Assembly: GCA_002633005.1 (NCBI GenBank)
Contig: NMRA01001019.1
Location: 5,419 to 69,418, forward strand
Source of the DNA: Phoronis australis
Taxonomy: Eukaryota; Animalia; Phoronida
Length of the DNA: 64,000 bases
Direction of reading: 5' to 3'
Shown one piece after another: positions 25,831 to 38,989 of this stretch. The first letter of the stretch is position 1, and the number at the start of each line of letters is the position of its first letter. The notes beneath the pieces are model-generated. The model worked only from the letters and a program-made list of their open reading frames with translations. It had not been told where the DNA came from and made no database searches. Position numbers and translations under genes: made by a program.

Positions 25831-26471
25831 TGGGAAGGGATACGTTTTTAGCGTTATTTTGATTAAACTAGGGTTTTCCAGTTATCCAAGATAAATTTAT
25901 TTTTAATTCACTGAATCCCTGGTGTTTTAATTAATTATGGATGCGCCACTGCGGAGGTGGTATCCGGGGCCCGAATAATTCCTCGCCACCCTTATTTACA
26001 TGCACTCCAGACTGTGTTTGTAAGTCAACTTGTGACCAGTTACGTCGTTATTATCCATTTTCTGTTACACGCAGTGTGAGTTCCTGAAGAGTATAGCCCG
26101 ACGTCCTGCTTCACTGATTTCCAGTTCGTTTTTTGTCAATAAAGAAGTGTTGCTCGATCGCACCACACCTTAAGTGAAGCAAAGCGAACGTGCTTTAATG
26201 GCAGATCCCGAAAGAGACATTTACGCTGAGATCAAGGAGGCACCTGCTAAACATGTTTTAAAGAATAATGCCATGCCGTCGGTATTTCCTTCCTCTGCTC
26301 CGTCTCCACCTGCGTCAATTGCTCTTTTGAAACTCAAGCATCGCGAGCTGAAGTCACTGTGACGCATGTACAGTTCATAACCCAGGGAATTCAATTAACT
26401 TGAAACGTTACTTAGGATAATTGGAAAATTGAAATTTAACTAAAATGACACTAAAAACGATTGCTTTTCCC
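25831..26471 (+). mobile_element. Kolobok-like MITE with about 90 bp imperfect TIRs and a THAP C-terminal relic
   Basis: Right end ...GATTGCTTTTCCC-TTAA, left end GGGAAGGGATACGTTTTTAG; interior reads ERDIYAEI..HVLKNNAMPSVFP (similar to the THAP AVPTIF box). Confidence 0.6.
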
Positions 26472-27386
26472 TTAAGTTAACGTTTTTCTTTTCACTTTTA
26501 CGTGTTTCCTTGACGTAAGCGGGCTTCAATTAGTACATGATTCTGCACTTCGAGAATCAACATACTTTGAGTGTGACGATATTGAACTAAACAACCACGA
26601 AACAATAATTCAGTAAACCGAAGTGAACCTCGATATCCCTTTTAGTTATACCAGGTTAATAGCAAGTCTTAAATACGCCAAATATTCTTCAAACTGAATG
26701 CGCGCCATAGTTATCCCATAATTTATGAATTCTATCCCATTCTTCAGCGTTCCAAGCTCACTGACCTCTATTACTTCAGAGGCCGCCATTCTACTGGGTA
26801 ACGCTAGTGAGGTCTCGCCGACACCGCGTCGCAAAATAGTCGCAAAACAGTCGCCTTTCACTCGCGTGATTCTTACGACTAGAAGTTTTTCGTAACATTT
26901 CTCGCAAGAACTTGGGTCTATGGAACGACACTTAGATGTCTTATCCAATTGTCTTGAATGAACAGGTGGAGATTGTTTTACACCCAGTTGTAGATGCACG
27001 CACTTTGCCGTATTCTGCGATAGATTTTTCGTTACTTTTGCTTGGGATTATTGTATTTTTTCCCGGCAGTCCAATTATTACACTAGAATATAACACAGTT
27101 AATGTGTTCAAATTTAGGCATCGTCAAGGACTTGATCATTACTGCGTAAGTCAACACTAGATTAGAGCTTCGTCTTTCGTGAAACTGGTACTTGACAGCT
27201 GAGTAGTTTATAGAAATTTCCCCAGTAACTAGCTAGTAGTGATGTGCATATTCTAATAAATTTTGCACCTTTTCTCAAGCTAAATTTGAACTTGTGGGGA
27301 GAGAAAGGATAAGTTAATGGTTAAAGTCTTTTAAAGCTCAAATGTAACTACTCTCCACGAAACACACCCCTGGTGTCTATTTTTAG

Positions 27387-27527
27387 ATTTTTACGCAAAA
27401 GTTGCCAGTGAGACAGGTATTGTGCTAGATACGACCTACACTGGCAAGACTGTGATCGCCATGTTTAGGGAGATGGAGAACAACCCTGAGAGGTTCAAAG
27501 GGAAACGGGTCCTTTTTATGCATACAG
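27387..27527 (+). CDS. Gene 1 exon 8 (DFYAKVASETGIVLDTTYTGKT...RFKGKRVLFMHTG)
   Basis: ttttag acceptor, G|GTAAGT donor; TGIxLDxxYTGK and VLFxHTG motifs. Confidence 0.95.
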
Positions 27528-27954
27528 GTAAGTCAGATTAACCCAATTTCTTCTATTTTAGTGTTATAAAATTCTAATAATAATTTTTGCTCGTATATTA
27601 TGTGTTGTGACCAGTGAGAGTAAAACTTTTATTTAAGCTGCATTTCGCTGTCTAAGAATGAAAATCGAGCTGGGCCATTTACTCATAAAATCAGTCAGAT
27701 AACATGCCTTGCCGTGGTAGGATTCTATTTCAAAACCAACAAGAACATCCAAACCAGCTGGGGTAGGCAATCCTAAAATTGTGCATTTGAAAATGGCGTA
27801 TGTGTGTATTGTCAGCTCATTCGACAACAGGTCGAGATAGGACAAGAGTGGGATTGTTAAAAACACAAAGCCCTCCGTTTAAGAATTCAACAATGCCAAT
27901 TACACATTGGCGAAATGCAGCCTTAACATTTCATCATTTCTGTTTCCTTTGCAG

Positions 27955-28073
27955 GAGGTTCATTTTCCCTTCAAAACGGTTGTATGGATGGCGTGTTAAA
28001 GAAAAAGGGTTCATCGGGAAACAAGTGCTGCATGTGGGAAGACATAGAAAGCAGTTGCCTCATGAGCAACTGA
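27955..28073 (+). CDS. Gene 1 terminal exon 9 (GSFSLQNGCMDGVLKKKG...CLMSN*)
   Basis: Polypyrimidine tract plus ttgcag acceptor completes HTGG; TGA at 28071-28073. Confidence 0.87.
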
Positions 28074-28477
28074 ATTGAGAGAACAAGGATCAGTTGTTGG
28101 CATGGAATAACTTGAGTAAAACATTTCCATGTTCGTGGGCTATTAAAATATGAGTAGAGGATACTTAGCGAAGTCTTTTGGCGAAAAAATCATATCATGT
28201 GAGTTTGCAAGAACATGTCATAATGAAAAAGAACTGGACTTTTCCGAAAATTGACATGACTGATCTGTGTGACGCAGAAGTTCAGGTCTCCAGCTCAGTC
28301 ACTGCACAGCAATGAAACATTGTTACAGCTATTTGTTCTATAAATGCTGCACTCCGAGGTATCCTTGGTAACCCTCATGGGTATCTTGTCTACAGTTACT
28401 TATCGCCGGAAGTGGTGGTAACTGTTGATTGAAAATATACTGAAAGAAGAACGCCCAAAAATTCACACTTACCTATC

Positions 28478-28483
28478 AATAAA
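28478..28483 (+). terminator. Candidate polyadenylation signal for gene 1
   Basis: AATAAA about 400 nt after the stop, followed by a GT/T-rich tract; ATTAAA at 28142 is an alternative. Confidence 0.35.
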
Positions 28484-28763
28484 TGTTTCCTTGTTTGAAG
28501 TACTTTCATCCTTTATTCTTGCTATTCAATTCTATTACCAGAGCAATTAACTTAGCCACATGGTAAAAAAATTCCCTGAAAAGACATGTTTTTACACCCA
28601 AGGTTACATTTTTGTGTTTAGGGGACCTGTAACACTGAAAGGGAGGTACCTGCAATTTTAGCAATGCATTTTCATTCTTCACATATTCCTGTTTCCGTAA
28701 ATATAATTTACTTTATTTTATCATTCAGATCCATTACAGGGCGATGACGCCTTCGGCATCCAC

Positions 28764-28844
28764 ATGTACTATGTCGCCTGCAATAATACAATGTACTATG
28801 TCGTCTGCAATAATACAATATACTATGTCGTCTGCAATAATACA
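28764..28844. repeat. 27 bp x 3 tandem repeat
   Basis: Unit ATGTACTATGTCGTCTGCAATAATACA at 28764, 28791 and 28818. Confidence 0.9.
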
Positions 28845-29572
28845 AATTTGGTCTCACACTCTCACACCACCATAAGTGAATATAATTATTAGCGCGTCAC
28901 AGCCTAGAAATAATTCATACACATTATCTCAGTAACTAGCAGTTATGGGTGTACTCTAAGATACTTTGTACCTATGCTTTTGCTAAAGTGGGTTTCAATT
29001 ATTCTCCAGAAGTTGTTATGCAGAGCCTAAGATCAAACTTTTAACTTCAGATTTAAGTCACTTTTCATGAAACAGACACCCGGACTCATTTGTAGGCCAA
29101 TCGGAATGTATATGAGCGGCAGTCTAGGTATTCCGACAGCATTGGAAATACATATGATCCTTTTTAACATCTAAGTAGAATCAATCAGCAAGCAGAATAC
29201 ATTCGATGTGTATTCTTGTTCATTCAAGACGGATTCGGAACATTCTGACACCATAAAGAGTGACTTGTCATTCCTTTTTACTTGTACGTCACCAAAATGT
29301 TTCTATTCCTATTATAATGCAGTTAGAATGTTGAAAATGCATTCAACGTAAGGCACGACTATTTTTAACTTCTAAACCATTCATCACGGCTACAAGCAAG
29401 TGACCAGTGACATGTCTTCATCCACACGGAAAAGTTTTAAAACACATTTCGAATATCATAGAATATGCGAAAATTTTTCATTCCAATGGCATTCCGGCTG
29501 ACTAACTCTTCTGTGTACAGAGTTTAAAATAAGTAACCTACTTGAGTTTCAAGACTCGCCCTTATACACTGT

Positions 29573-29755
29573 ATTCACGCAATCACCATTTTAAAAGTGA
29601 GCCTCTTTTTACGTTTTAAAAACAATGCATTTTTTGCGCTTAAATACAGAGCAAAGCGTATTTTTTCGCGTGCGTCGTTATATTTATGTCCTGATCGGAC
29701 TGTTCTGTTTTTAAACATAAAAGGAGGCTCACTACCAAACGGCGACTGCGTGAAT
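29573..29755. mobile_element. Small MITE with about 50 bp TIRs
   Basis: ATTCACGCAATCACC..AGTGAGCCTC versus GAGGCTCACT..GGCGACTGCGTGAAT. Confidence 0.7.
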
Positions 29756-32700
29756 GAGGCCTATTGTCTTTGTCCGAACGAGCTCATGCGCAACGCTGGA
29801 ATATTTAAGAAACGAGATCACTTTACGTAGTGTTCTTCCAGCGAAAGATTACGTCATTCAGTACCTTTGAAACCTCTTACAAAAACGACACGTTTCAAAT
29901 AGACGAGGGGTCTACGTCTTATTGGCTGAGTTGTTTGATGACAAATTCACATTAGAAGCAGGCAATCATGCCAAAAGATTCTTTGTTGAAACTTAGGGTG
30001 GTGGCTAAGCACCGTTGCCAAAGTAACCATTAGTTGGTCAGTCAAACTTAGCAGTTTCAAGTTTAAAGGCAAACTTTTGTTAGAAACAAGGAACCGTGCC
30101 AAGAGTTCTGAAATTGACTGTTTAAGGAAACTTAGGAGTGCTGTTAAGCTGCGGAATTAGTTATACTACCGAGGTAACCACGATAAAGATCACCAATTTT
30201 ATAGACCGACAACCCAGAGCCCTTAGCATAGATGAACGAGGTACCAACATCTGACCATAGGAGCACTTAGAGTCCACCTCAATGTATACGGAAATGGACC
30301 TCTGCTGTTTTCTGCACTGGATTCCTTAAAAGGGGGCTAAAAATAAGCCAGATTAGATATTTGAGGTATCGGCCAATACTGATTTAAAACGGACAATAGA
30401 TCGCACTTAACACGGAATAACCCATGAAAGACAAACTGCACTCTGGAATGTGTCGGCCAGAAACTCAAAAAGGACCCCCAAAAATGAGCTAGCTCATACA
30501 ATCGAGGTACCAAAAAACCAATTCCATGTGGTTCAATACATGTCACTGATCACTAAATGCCCCTCGACAAACACAATACACTCTGTATTATGCCAGAAAT
30601 CCATAAAAATCTCAACCACGGCATGGCATTGGCGTATCGGCTGACTTGAAACCAACAATCGTGTCGCAGTGAACGTCAGATGAGCCATGACAGGCAAACT
30701 GTCCTCTGGAAACGGTCCTACAAAATCTCTAAATCAACGCCCACGAAAGAGTTACCTCATATATTCGAGGTACTGCAATAAACAATTCCATGTGATTCAA
30801 ATAGAAGTTAATTGTTACTAACATATATCGTATGGCTTATTGAATCCCGTATTTACACATCAACAGGGATCAAATTGTTGTATGACAGTAATTTATCATG
30901 GAAAGGGTTAGAGAAGCTACGTACTAGTGTCCCTGGCACGTGCGTGTGTAAGTGATGACCCCGTCGATAACATCTCTTTCTCGGGCAGAATATCACAACA
31001 AATGAAGTGAACGTGCCACAGTTGAACTCCAGGTCACTGAATGGACTCTCTACTGACTAGATTGTGGGAAGTGAACTACTTGATGCACAGGTTTTAGTGC
31101 GCAATATCAGTAAGATAATGGAATATCGACATAATATTCTGTGCCTTTACACAACTTTCAGTCATAGGGTATTATTTTGCTAGGGTGTGATAATAGACTG
31201 GCTTGTTTAAAACCAAAACTCTACTCTGTTACACCTGACATCATCTTGCGTGATCTCTTCTCCGCAGTTGCAGGAGACTAACGTCAATGAACACTCTTCA
31301 GTTACCAGACTGTATCATTATACTTCACCTGGTGTTTGTTGGGCAAATATCCGCCGAATACAACAGTAGTGAACAAAATGAGCCTGTGACGTCAAACTTT
31401 TTCAATCATGGCCTGCAAGGTGACCAACCAGGACAGATCATAACCCAAGTCTGACAGGGAAATGGGTTGTCAATCACAAATGTTAAAATGGAATCTTGTA
31501 AAAAGAATAAAATGAAACTTAATCATTTTCAAGTAATTCCCAGTACCAAATTTACCATTTACCCCTGCAAAATATTACTATATTGCTGATAAGTGCTCAG
31601 TGAAAATTACAGACATCTTTGATGATAACTGTAGTATTAAAAGGGGCAAGAGCTTTGCAGAGTGGTTTCATGCAATAAATGTTCTCTCTCGTGTCATATC
31701 ATGACTTGAATTGAAAAACCTACATGAACATTTCACTTTCCATAGAGCAGGATGACAAGTGCCTAAGATTAACAAAGAGTCTTAAACTAACTCATAATTA
31801 GATAAATGAGGTTTGGAGGCTGTCAGACAACATACTTAAGTAGGGGATGTGTTTTTTAAAATTTACCAGTAGTATTTGGAATGAAGACTGTTCCGGGAAA
31901 AATTGGCTACATCACTCAGAATCTGCCTTACATCACATTTCAAACACACCTGTAAAAAGAGACAATCCAGTTTGGTGAAATTTCCAGCAGGTTCTCCAAA
32001 CAGCTAGAGAAAATCATAGGGCTCATTACGAAATGTTTCGTATTCACCGCGGCCGAAGATGATAATTTTAAAAGGACACTTAGATTATCTCAATCCTTAT
32101 TTAATGACTTTCATTGTAACTCATATATAAAAAACTGGCTATGCCAACTATTAAAAGTATAACTTTTCTAACGGAAAGATCAGGAATTATAAGAATATGT
32201 TTTATATTGATGTGTCAGTATTATTTTTACGCTAGCGCCTTTTGAAGACAAAATTTGATTTTTAAGAATAGTACATAAGTAACAAAAATGACCCTTTGGT
32301 ATATTTTCAAGGAAATTCTTTGAAATGAAAAATTAACAATTTACAATTCGATTACTCGTTTAATTTTTTTTATAAGCTAAATTAACTCGCAAAACGTTGG
32401 ATATTTTCATAAAAATAGCAGTCGTAATCGTCTGTCCGTCTGTCTTATGGTACAGAATAAATGAGCGTTTTGAACAAAAATTCTAACAGATTTTTTGAGA
32501 CTAATGAATACGTATCAAAATTGGAAAGTTTGAATGACGTTCACGGAGCCATGTACGAGAAATTGTGTTCCTAAGCTCAAACTAAGTCGATTTGTCGAAG
32601 ACGAGAAAAAGCGGAATACCTCCCGAGTCTTCAAAATCTGACAGTTTTACCGCTTAATTCAGAAAAAATTGTTTTTGGTCAATATAACTTATGTATACCT

Positions 32701-34825
32701 TAACCATGTTATATGAATGTGTCTCGACTCAAGCTACGTCAAGACGGGATCAAATACTTAAAAGTACATGTAGGTCAACAGTTCCTTGTTGTACATACCC
32801 CACACCGGGAGAGTGTTATGAAACCAAGTGCAAAATGGACAACTGAAATCGAGTCGTGAGCATGAGATCGAAACGGCGAAGTGTCAAATTACCGATCAAA
32901 TTAATCAACTTTGGAGAGGATTTATCTTGTTCACAACTTACTGTGATCGTGAACACAAAGTCACAGAGGCGTGCATTCGTTTTCAACTGTCATATGCATT
33001 CAAATGCACTCCCTCGATCAATACTACTTTATTTCTTCGTTTTCTCCGGCATCTTTTTATCCTATGTACACCTCGTTATCTCAGTATTATGGCGACTTGG
33101 TCACTGAAAAGGGTGAGGATGAATACAGATCTGGTTTTTGCCTGGCGGGAGATTCGTCCCCTGACAAGTAGTAAATTTCCACAACTTTAGAAACAGTTGT
33201 GCGTTTGCAACGTGGGTCTGCTAAATCTTTTTTCCTCGCTACATGTCATATACACCTGTATTTCGTATTTGAAATTCCCTGAGAATAATGATAAGGTGTT
33301 TTGTTAGACATATGTGAAATATTTGTAAAAACTGCCAACTTTTATAAGGTTTGAGATATCATTAAAGTGCCTTACATTATTGTAAAACAAAAGGCTATCA
33401 CAATGATTTGACTGAACTTGTTGCAATGAGGAAAAGTAGTCAACACTGGACAGTTTGACAAAGGGAATAATTTTTCTGAATGTTTTTTAAAAAGTAAGCT
33501 TTGCACAATACATTAATCCACAAAGATTTTAGATGAATTCATATCAACTGTTTCAATGAGTTCAACATGAGTGGGTGATCCCAACCCAAATTGATCACAA
33601 CAATTCATGTTAATTGTTGACATGGTTTTTCACACAAGAACTAATTCATATGTATACAGAACATGCACTTTTCTCCGATCCTTTCAATTTGAAACTGTAC
33701 AAAAATGACGATACTTCTTTAGCATTGTTCGTTTTTAGTATTATATTCATAAACTGTGTTTTTTTGTTCCTTTAGCTTCAGTGCTAATGTTCAGCTGCCC
33801 ATTAAAATGAAATATTTAAAACAATATGTCGAGCATTTTTGATATGAAAAATGCAATAAAGCGTTAAATTCTAACATATCGTATCACCATTTTTATGACG
33901 TCAAAACCATATGTCAGCAAAATCCCTTGATCCCTCCCTCTCTAAAACATCCATCACACTAACGAAAATGTCGATTATAGAGAAGGAGCCCTGAAATAAA
34001 GATTGTTCGTTTTACTCAAATTCCTCATAAAGATACAAACCCATCCAACATAAACATAACTATGACGCAAGCGGGAAGCTTGGCGGCTCCACTTAGAAAG
34101 AAATTGACATTTTGTTCTCAGGTAGGTCAGATGTACTGAACGAGAGGCAGGCTGTTTACCGTCCTGGGAAAACAAACTATGCAAACTATGAATTTCTACA
34201 ATTTTTAACAAGCCATGTAAACTTCAGGCTTCTGACAAAAGAGGACAAAGCAGTTAACGTTTTCTCTCTCACAACTTGTTTTTTTGTTTTCAAGAAAGCC
34301 CCTTTATCAGCTTCAATATCAGGCTAAAAATCAAATTTGGTTTTGGTCTTTAACCCGAGACCTGTGCTAGACTTAAAAAACAAAAAACACCCGCCAGTAT
34401 CAATTTTAGTCTAGTTTTTATAACTCTGTACAAAGGCACGTAAACAAGAGTAAGCAAAATGTGAAACACTATAAATTTCGAAGCAATGAGTATGAGAAAA
34501 AATCTTGCATCATTTTGCTGGTATCAGGTGGATTTCTATTTGAAATAAACAGTAATTAAGACAAATTCCGTGCCAATGACTCAGTTTTCAAAAAAGAAGC
34601 AGACCGGAATCAATTATGCTTTTTATTAAATAACACAATTTACTCTACTCTACAAGAGCGTGTTACAAATATCAATTATAAATGACACTACAGTGCCGTT
34701 ATACATCGTTACATTTACCATAAATAGTTATTGATAAGCAGGTGGAGGTTTTTTGAACTGGTTGACACCAAGGGGTGGTTGCTCACAGTTTTGATCTTAA
34801 GCAAATCAAAAGAACTCTACATTTT

Positions 34826-35641
34826 AATTGTTCGAAAACCCCTCGATCCCCACAACCCACGACCCATTAGACCCCCGACCCCTTCGACACACGATCTCCT
34901 CGAACCACGACCGACTAGGCCCACAGTCCACAACCTATTCTACACAGTCTACATGCGCTCGACTCGATCTGGACATGGAACAAACGCTAAATTGCAGGAT
35001 CAACGAGTCGGGCCGTGGGCTCCGCTGGCTTCTTCATATTTTGCAAGTTTGAAAGACAAAAGACGAAAACAAGGCCACCAAATCAAATCAAAGACCTACC
35101 AACGCTACAAAAGTCGTCTCGTCTGCCCTTCAGTGAATGGCAGATTCAATCTTTTTGGGAGAGTGCGAGGAACCGACGAATAAATAATATATTCAATTAA
35201 TACAATTTGAAAAAACAAATTGTTAACTAAAAATGTCTCAATGTTACATGGAGCGTATTGTTAACGAGTATACAACAGAAAGCAACTAATAAGAATGTGA
35301 AATGTTGTGCATTCACTGTAAAGTAGAACAGGGCCTTTGCTGGCCGCTTGTGGAACTATTTCCGTGTCAACGATAGCATGCTCACAATCCACTGTTTCAC
35401 ATCATGTTCTGACGCCACTTTCTATTTTTACCCTCCAGACTTGAGCCAGGGTAGATTCGCGTGTAGATAAGACTTATGCGAAAGTCATTCAGCGATGTAA
35501 TATGATTATGAAATTTGTAAAAAGTGCAAAGATACATCTATTGCCACAGGTCGTGTGTCGACGGATTTGTGGTCGTGGTCGTGGGGGTTGTGGGTCGAGG
35601 GGGTCATGGGATGTGGGGGTAAAGGAGGTCTTAGAACAATC
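34826..35641. mobile_element. GG-terminated MITE family, copy 2 (uninterrupted, about 0.8 kb)
   Basis: ATTGTTCGAAAACCCCTCG...GGTCTTAGAACAATC; interior alignable to copy 1. Confidence 0.8.
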
Positions 35642-38600
35642 TCTCAATTTTCTGTAGATCAGTCGGTCGTTCTAATTTACCAACAAAGGTATTGCTCAAG
35701 GGAAACAACACTCTTTGGCTTACTATGGAATGGTTGACTTTGACAAATTAGCATGACGTCACCTTGCAATTTCTATGACCAATAACTGATCAAAAAAAAA
35801 CTCTTCCCGACATCGACAAGAATGATCAGTGAGGACCGATCAAGAACCACACCAAATTTGAAGAATTTCACATTACTCATTCAAGGGTATTTTTCCAGTC
35901 TATCAAACTTTCTCATGTTGAAGTTGCAACACCCAGCGCAGCAGTAATACCTTGTTAGCATTGGAAGGACGAATTGAGTAATGCAAGTGAGAAAATGTTG
36001 TAAAGAATCAACAACAAATGACACGTAAATCTCCAGCCAAGAGCGACACGAAAAGGAGACAGCAAATGTGCATGACTGATGTTTACGGTATTGTGACTGT
36101 GTAATCCGGGACGGCCCTATAGCGCAGCAGCCATACATGCAAATGTTTCCAACAAGCTAGTACGCGAACCCTGGCGGAGGATTCGAACGTTATAGTTTTG
36201 AGTGATAAGATGCGAACTGTAATTCATCTAAAAATATGTTGCACGTGCACATACCTAATTTTTTTGCGATACTTCCTTCCGGATCCTCGGCATCCAAGGG
36301 CCTCGAGGTTTAAGCTTTGTCAGCCTCGTGGTTTATTCGCCACTACTCAGAAGTTCGGTATCTCGGCTTCAATGGGCTCTTATACTGGAGTGATCGGGAC
36401 TAACAAAACTTTGTAATTACAATAGTATTAAGGCTTCAATTCGAATAATTTAATTTTGTATCCAGAGTTAACTAACAGGGCTAATACTAACCCCAGGATG
36501 GACTTCGTAGACATGCAGCTAAGTCCACAGTACTCGGAGTGACACTTTGATGAACTTGTCTTCGGGGTGTTGCTAAGTTAAACTTGGTATCGTTACCATG
36601 ATAACCAGGTATTTTAGCTGCCTTGATCACCCGTTTTAAAAGCAGGTAACCAAGCATGATCATAGCATTTCAGTGACCTGTCCCAGAGACTTAAGAGAGT
36701 TGCCAAGTTGAAATGTGTACCGTTGTCACAGCAACCAGACACGTACAGCCAAAATTTTGAAGAAGTTATACTGGCTGGTTGCTTTATCAAAGATATATCA
36801 TTAGCAGTGGAACGATTTTGATAATCTAAAAATTGATACTATGACTTCTCATTCACACAAACATGGACATGTCTTTTTAACAATATAAAGCTGGGTACAT
36901 CCTATGCAATAGATTTTCATTAAACAATTACTGAAAGCAAACACCCATAGCTAGTATGTCTAAACCAGTAGCAAATATACGGAAACCAAGAAGCGCTTGC
37001 CATGGCAGCTCAAGCAAATAAATCTGTCTACTGGTTCTTTCAAACCATGTGAAACGCCCAAAACAGGAAACATGACATCATCAAAGGCACATAATTACCA
37101 CCAGTATCCGCTGCATAATTTACCCGTAGCATAATTTTAAAAATCATATTAATGGTTGTCGTGATTGCGGATGAATATTCATCACAGCTATTTAAGGTAA
37201 GGTTGATGGATTTGCTGCTAGTGGTGTTCACAGTGTTCTTGTAGATTGAAGCATCTGGTTTTTCGAGCAAAGCTTACATTCTTGCCGAGGTAATTTTATT
37301 CAGTTGCAAAAAGGATTCACTCAATTGTTCTTATGCGCTAAGAGTTCCTCCAAAAGAGGTTTCTGGCGTAACCTTGATTTTGCTGTATTCACTGTGTAGT
37401 TTAGGTTATGATAATGCCATTCATTTCTCCATGGTTCTTTCAAAAACATGAAGTAATAGTTGTATAACACGAGAAAAGTTCAAAATGGATAACGTTCTTG
37501 CAAAAGTTGTCGAATAGTTTGATATGAAATTTTTTTCTGCATTTTGTCAAATTCATTTTCTATACTGCTCTTTCCAAACCATGATGTCTTCTTTATTTCA
37601 GAAACTGTAAATTATGAATTAAAAAATAATACTATTGTCTTTCGACTTCACATGCATTTAAAAGATATTAAACTCTGTTTTGATGATTTCCACTACTCCT
37701 CGTTCTGTCATCTGTTAATGCATCATTGGTGTCAATCTCCTACGTTAAACTAAAAAGTTATGTTCTCCATGCCACAGATTGAGTTATGGTTCTTGGGGGA
37801 GGTGGTCTTTTCCCAAAGTTACCGTGTAACTCGTTGAAAGCGTGGGTCACGCTTGTTCGTTTAGCAGACTTCGAAATGAATTTATAAATGTTCCAAACTT
37901 TTGGGGGTTGTCGAAGGTTACAGAGCATTATTTTGTTTCAGAGATGTAGATGGAAAAGTTGTTTTTAGTATCTATTAATAGTCCAAAACCGGGTTTGGTA
38001 GCTTTTTAATGTTTAAGTTTCGATTATCACTCCTGCTGAAGCAAGTCGGATGCATCTATGCCTTTGGCGATGTTCATTGCACAATTCGATGTGTAAAAAT
38101 AGCTCGCACTCCGTGAAATGTTTGTTACCGTCAACAACACAACTTCCAATTTATAAACAAATGTAAGCATTCCAAATCAAAAGTGTTATTTGTTTGGAAT
38201 TTCAATATGGTGAACGTGAGCTACGTAAGAAGACAAAACCAAAATGATACAAAATATGAAAGGCAGTGCAATTTGTCAGTATAAAACTTGTTATTCTGTG
38301 AAATTGATGAACATAAAGGCATGGGTGTGGATGGAGTGAACTTTTTGAAGGCTGGTAACAGAGCTTGCGTCACCACTGACCCACATCACTAACCTCAGTA
38401 TATCGACCTGTAAATTTCCAAGTCAGTGGAAAATTGCATGGGTTATCGCTTTTCACAAAGACGGAAGCAGGGATGACAACTGTCGACCTATAACGGAACT
38501 CTCACGCGTATCCAGAATAATTGGGAGACATGTACACAACAGCCTTTATCATTGTTTAAATTCTCATGACCTTCTTGCAAGTGTGCAGTCATGATTTCGA

Positions 38601-38989
38601 GCATTTTTTTCCTGCGAGACTACTCTCTTGGTTCCTTTACATCGGTTAGTAATCATAGTACAGAGTAAGGGCTGAGGCTGTGTCTTGGAAATTCGGTCCC
38701 ACCAGGTCGATATGGTTGTATTCATATCCAAATCCTGTAAAATTTCTCATGATGTCCCCACAGTTCTACGCTGAGGCATTAATGTTTAATGTTCTTGAAC
38801 TGTCTTTCATTATGTGTAGATTCATATATTGTGATGTGTGATAATTACCTAACAATTTTGTCCTTGAAAGATCTACATAATATATTATCAACGTCACGTT
38901 ACTGTCTGATTTAGCCAGAGTTGAAGGATGGTGTCGGGGCAGTATAATGATTTTGAGTTCAAGTAAAACTAAATAAATGAGTGTTGCCT

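Larger units (their letters stand above)
619..28073 (+). other. Gene 1 span: PLP-dependent D-cysteine desulfhydrase / ACC deaminase family protein, 9 coding exons, 1116 nt CDS, 371 aa
   Basis: Hand-spliced exons 619-702, 2007-2117, 8203-8361, 9150-9286, 10631-10730, 11656-11756, 23104-23267, 27387-27527 and 27955-28073 join in frame with GT-AG introns and no internal stop. Family motifs: TPIH, IKRDDLTG, GNKVR, SNxCRATA, GNLLL, GYI, DDIVV, GxGY, LDxxYTGK, HTGG. Confidence 0.93.

Noticed and set aside
27387-28073. Calling the enzyme a true ACC deaminase
   Set aside because: It has YTGK and HTGG, not the diagnostic YEGK and HLGG residues.
619-28073. Recent horizontal transfer or bacterial contamination
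   Set aside because: Eight canonical spliceosomal introns, animal-type TEs throughout and a eukaryotic-style N-terminus; nothing in the sequence supports recent HGT.
28071-28120. Selenocysteine readthrough or CaaX motif at the Cys-rich C-terminus
   Set aside because: No recognisable SECIS was seen, readthrough adds only about 15 residues, and the end CLMSN places Cys at -5 rather than -4.
36160-36240. Minus-strand B-box (GTTCGAATCC) suggesting a tRNA or SINE
   Set aside because: No convincing A box or cloverleaf was found at the expected spacing.
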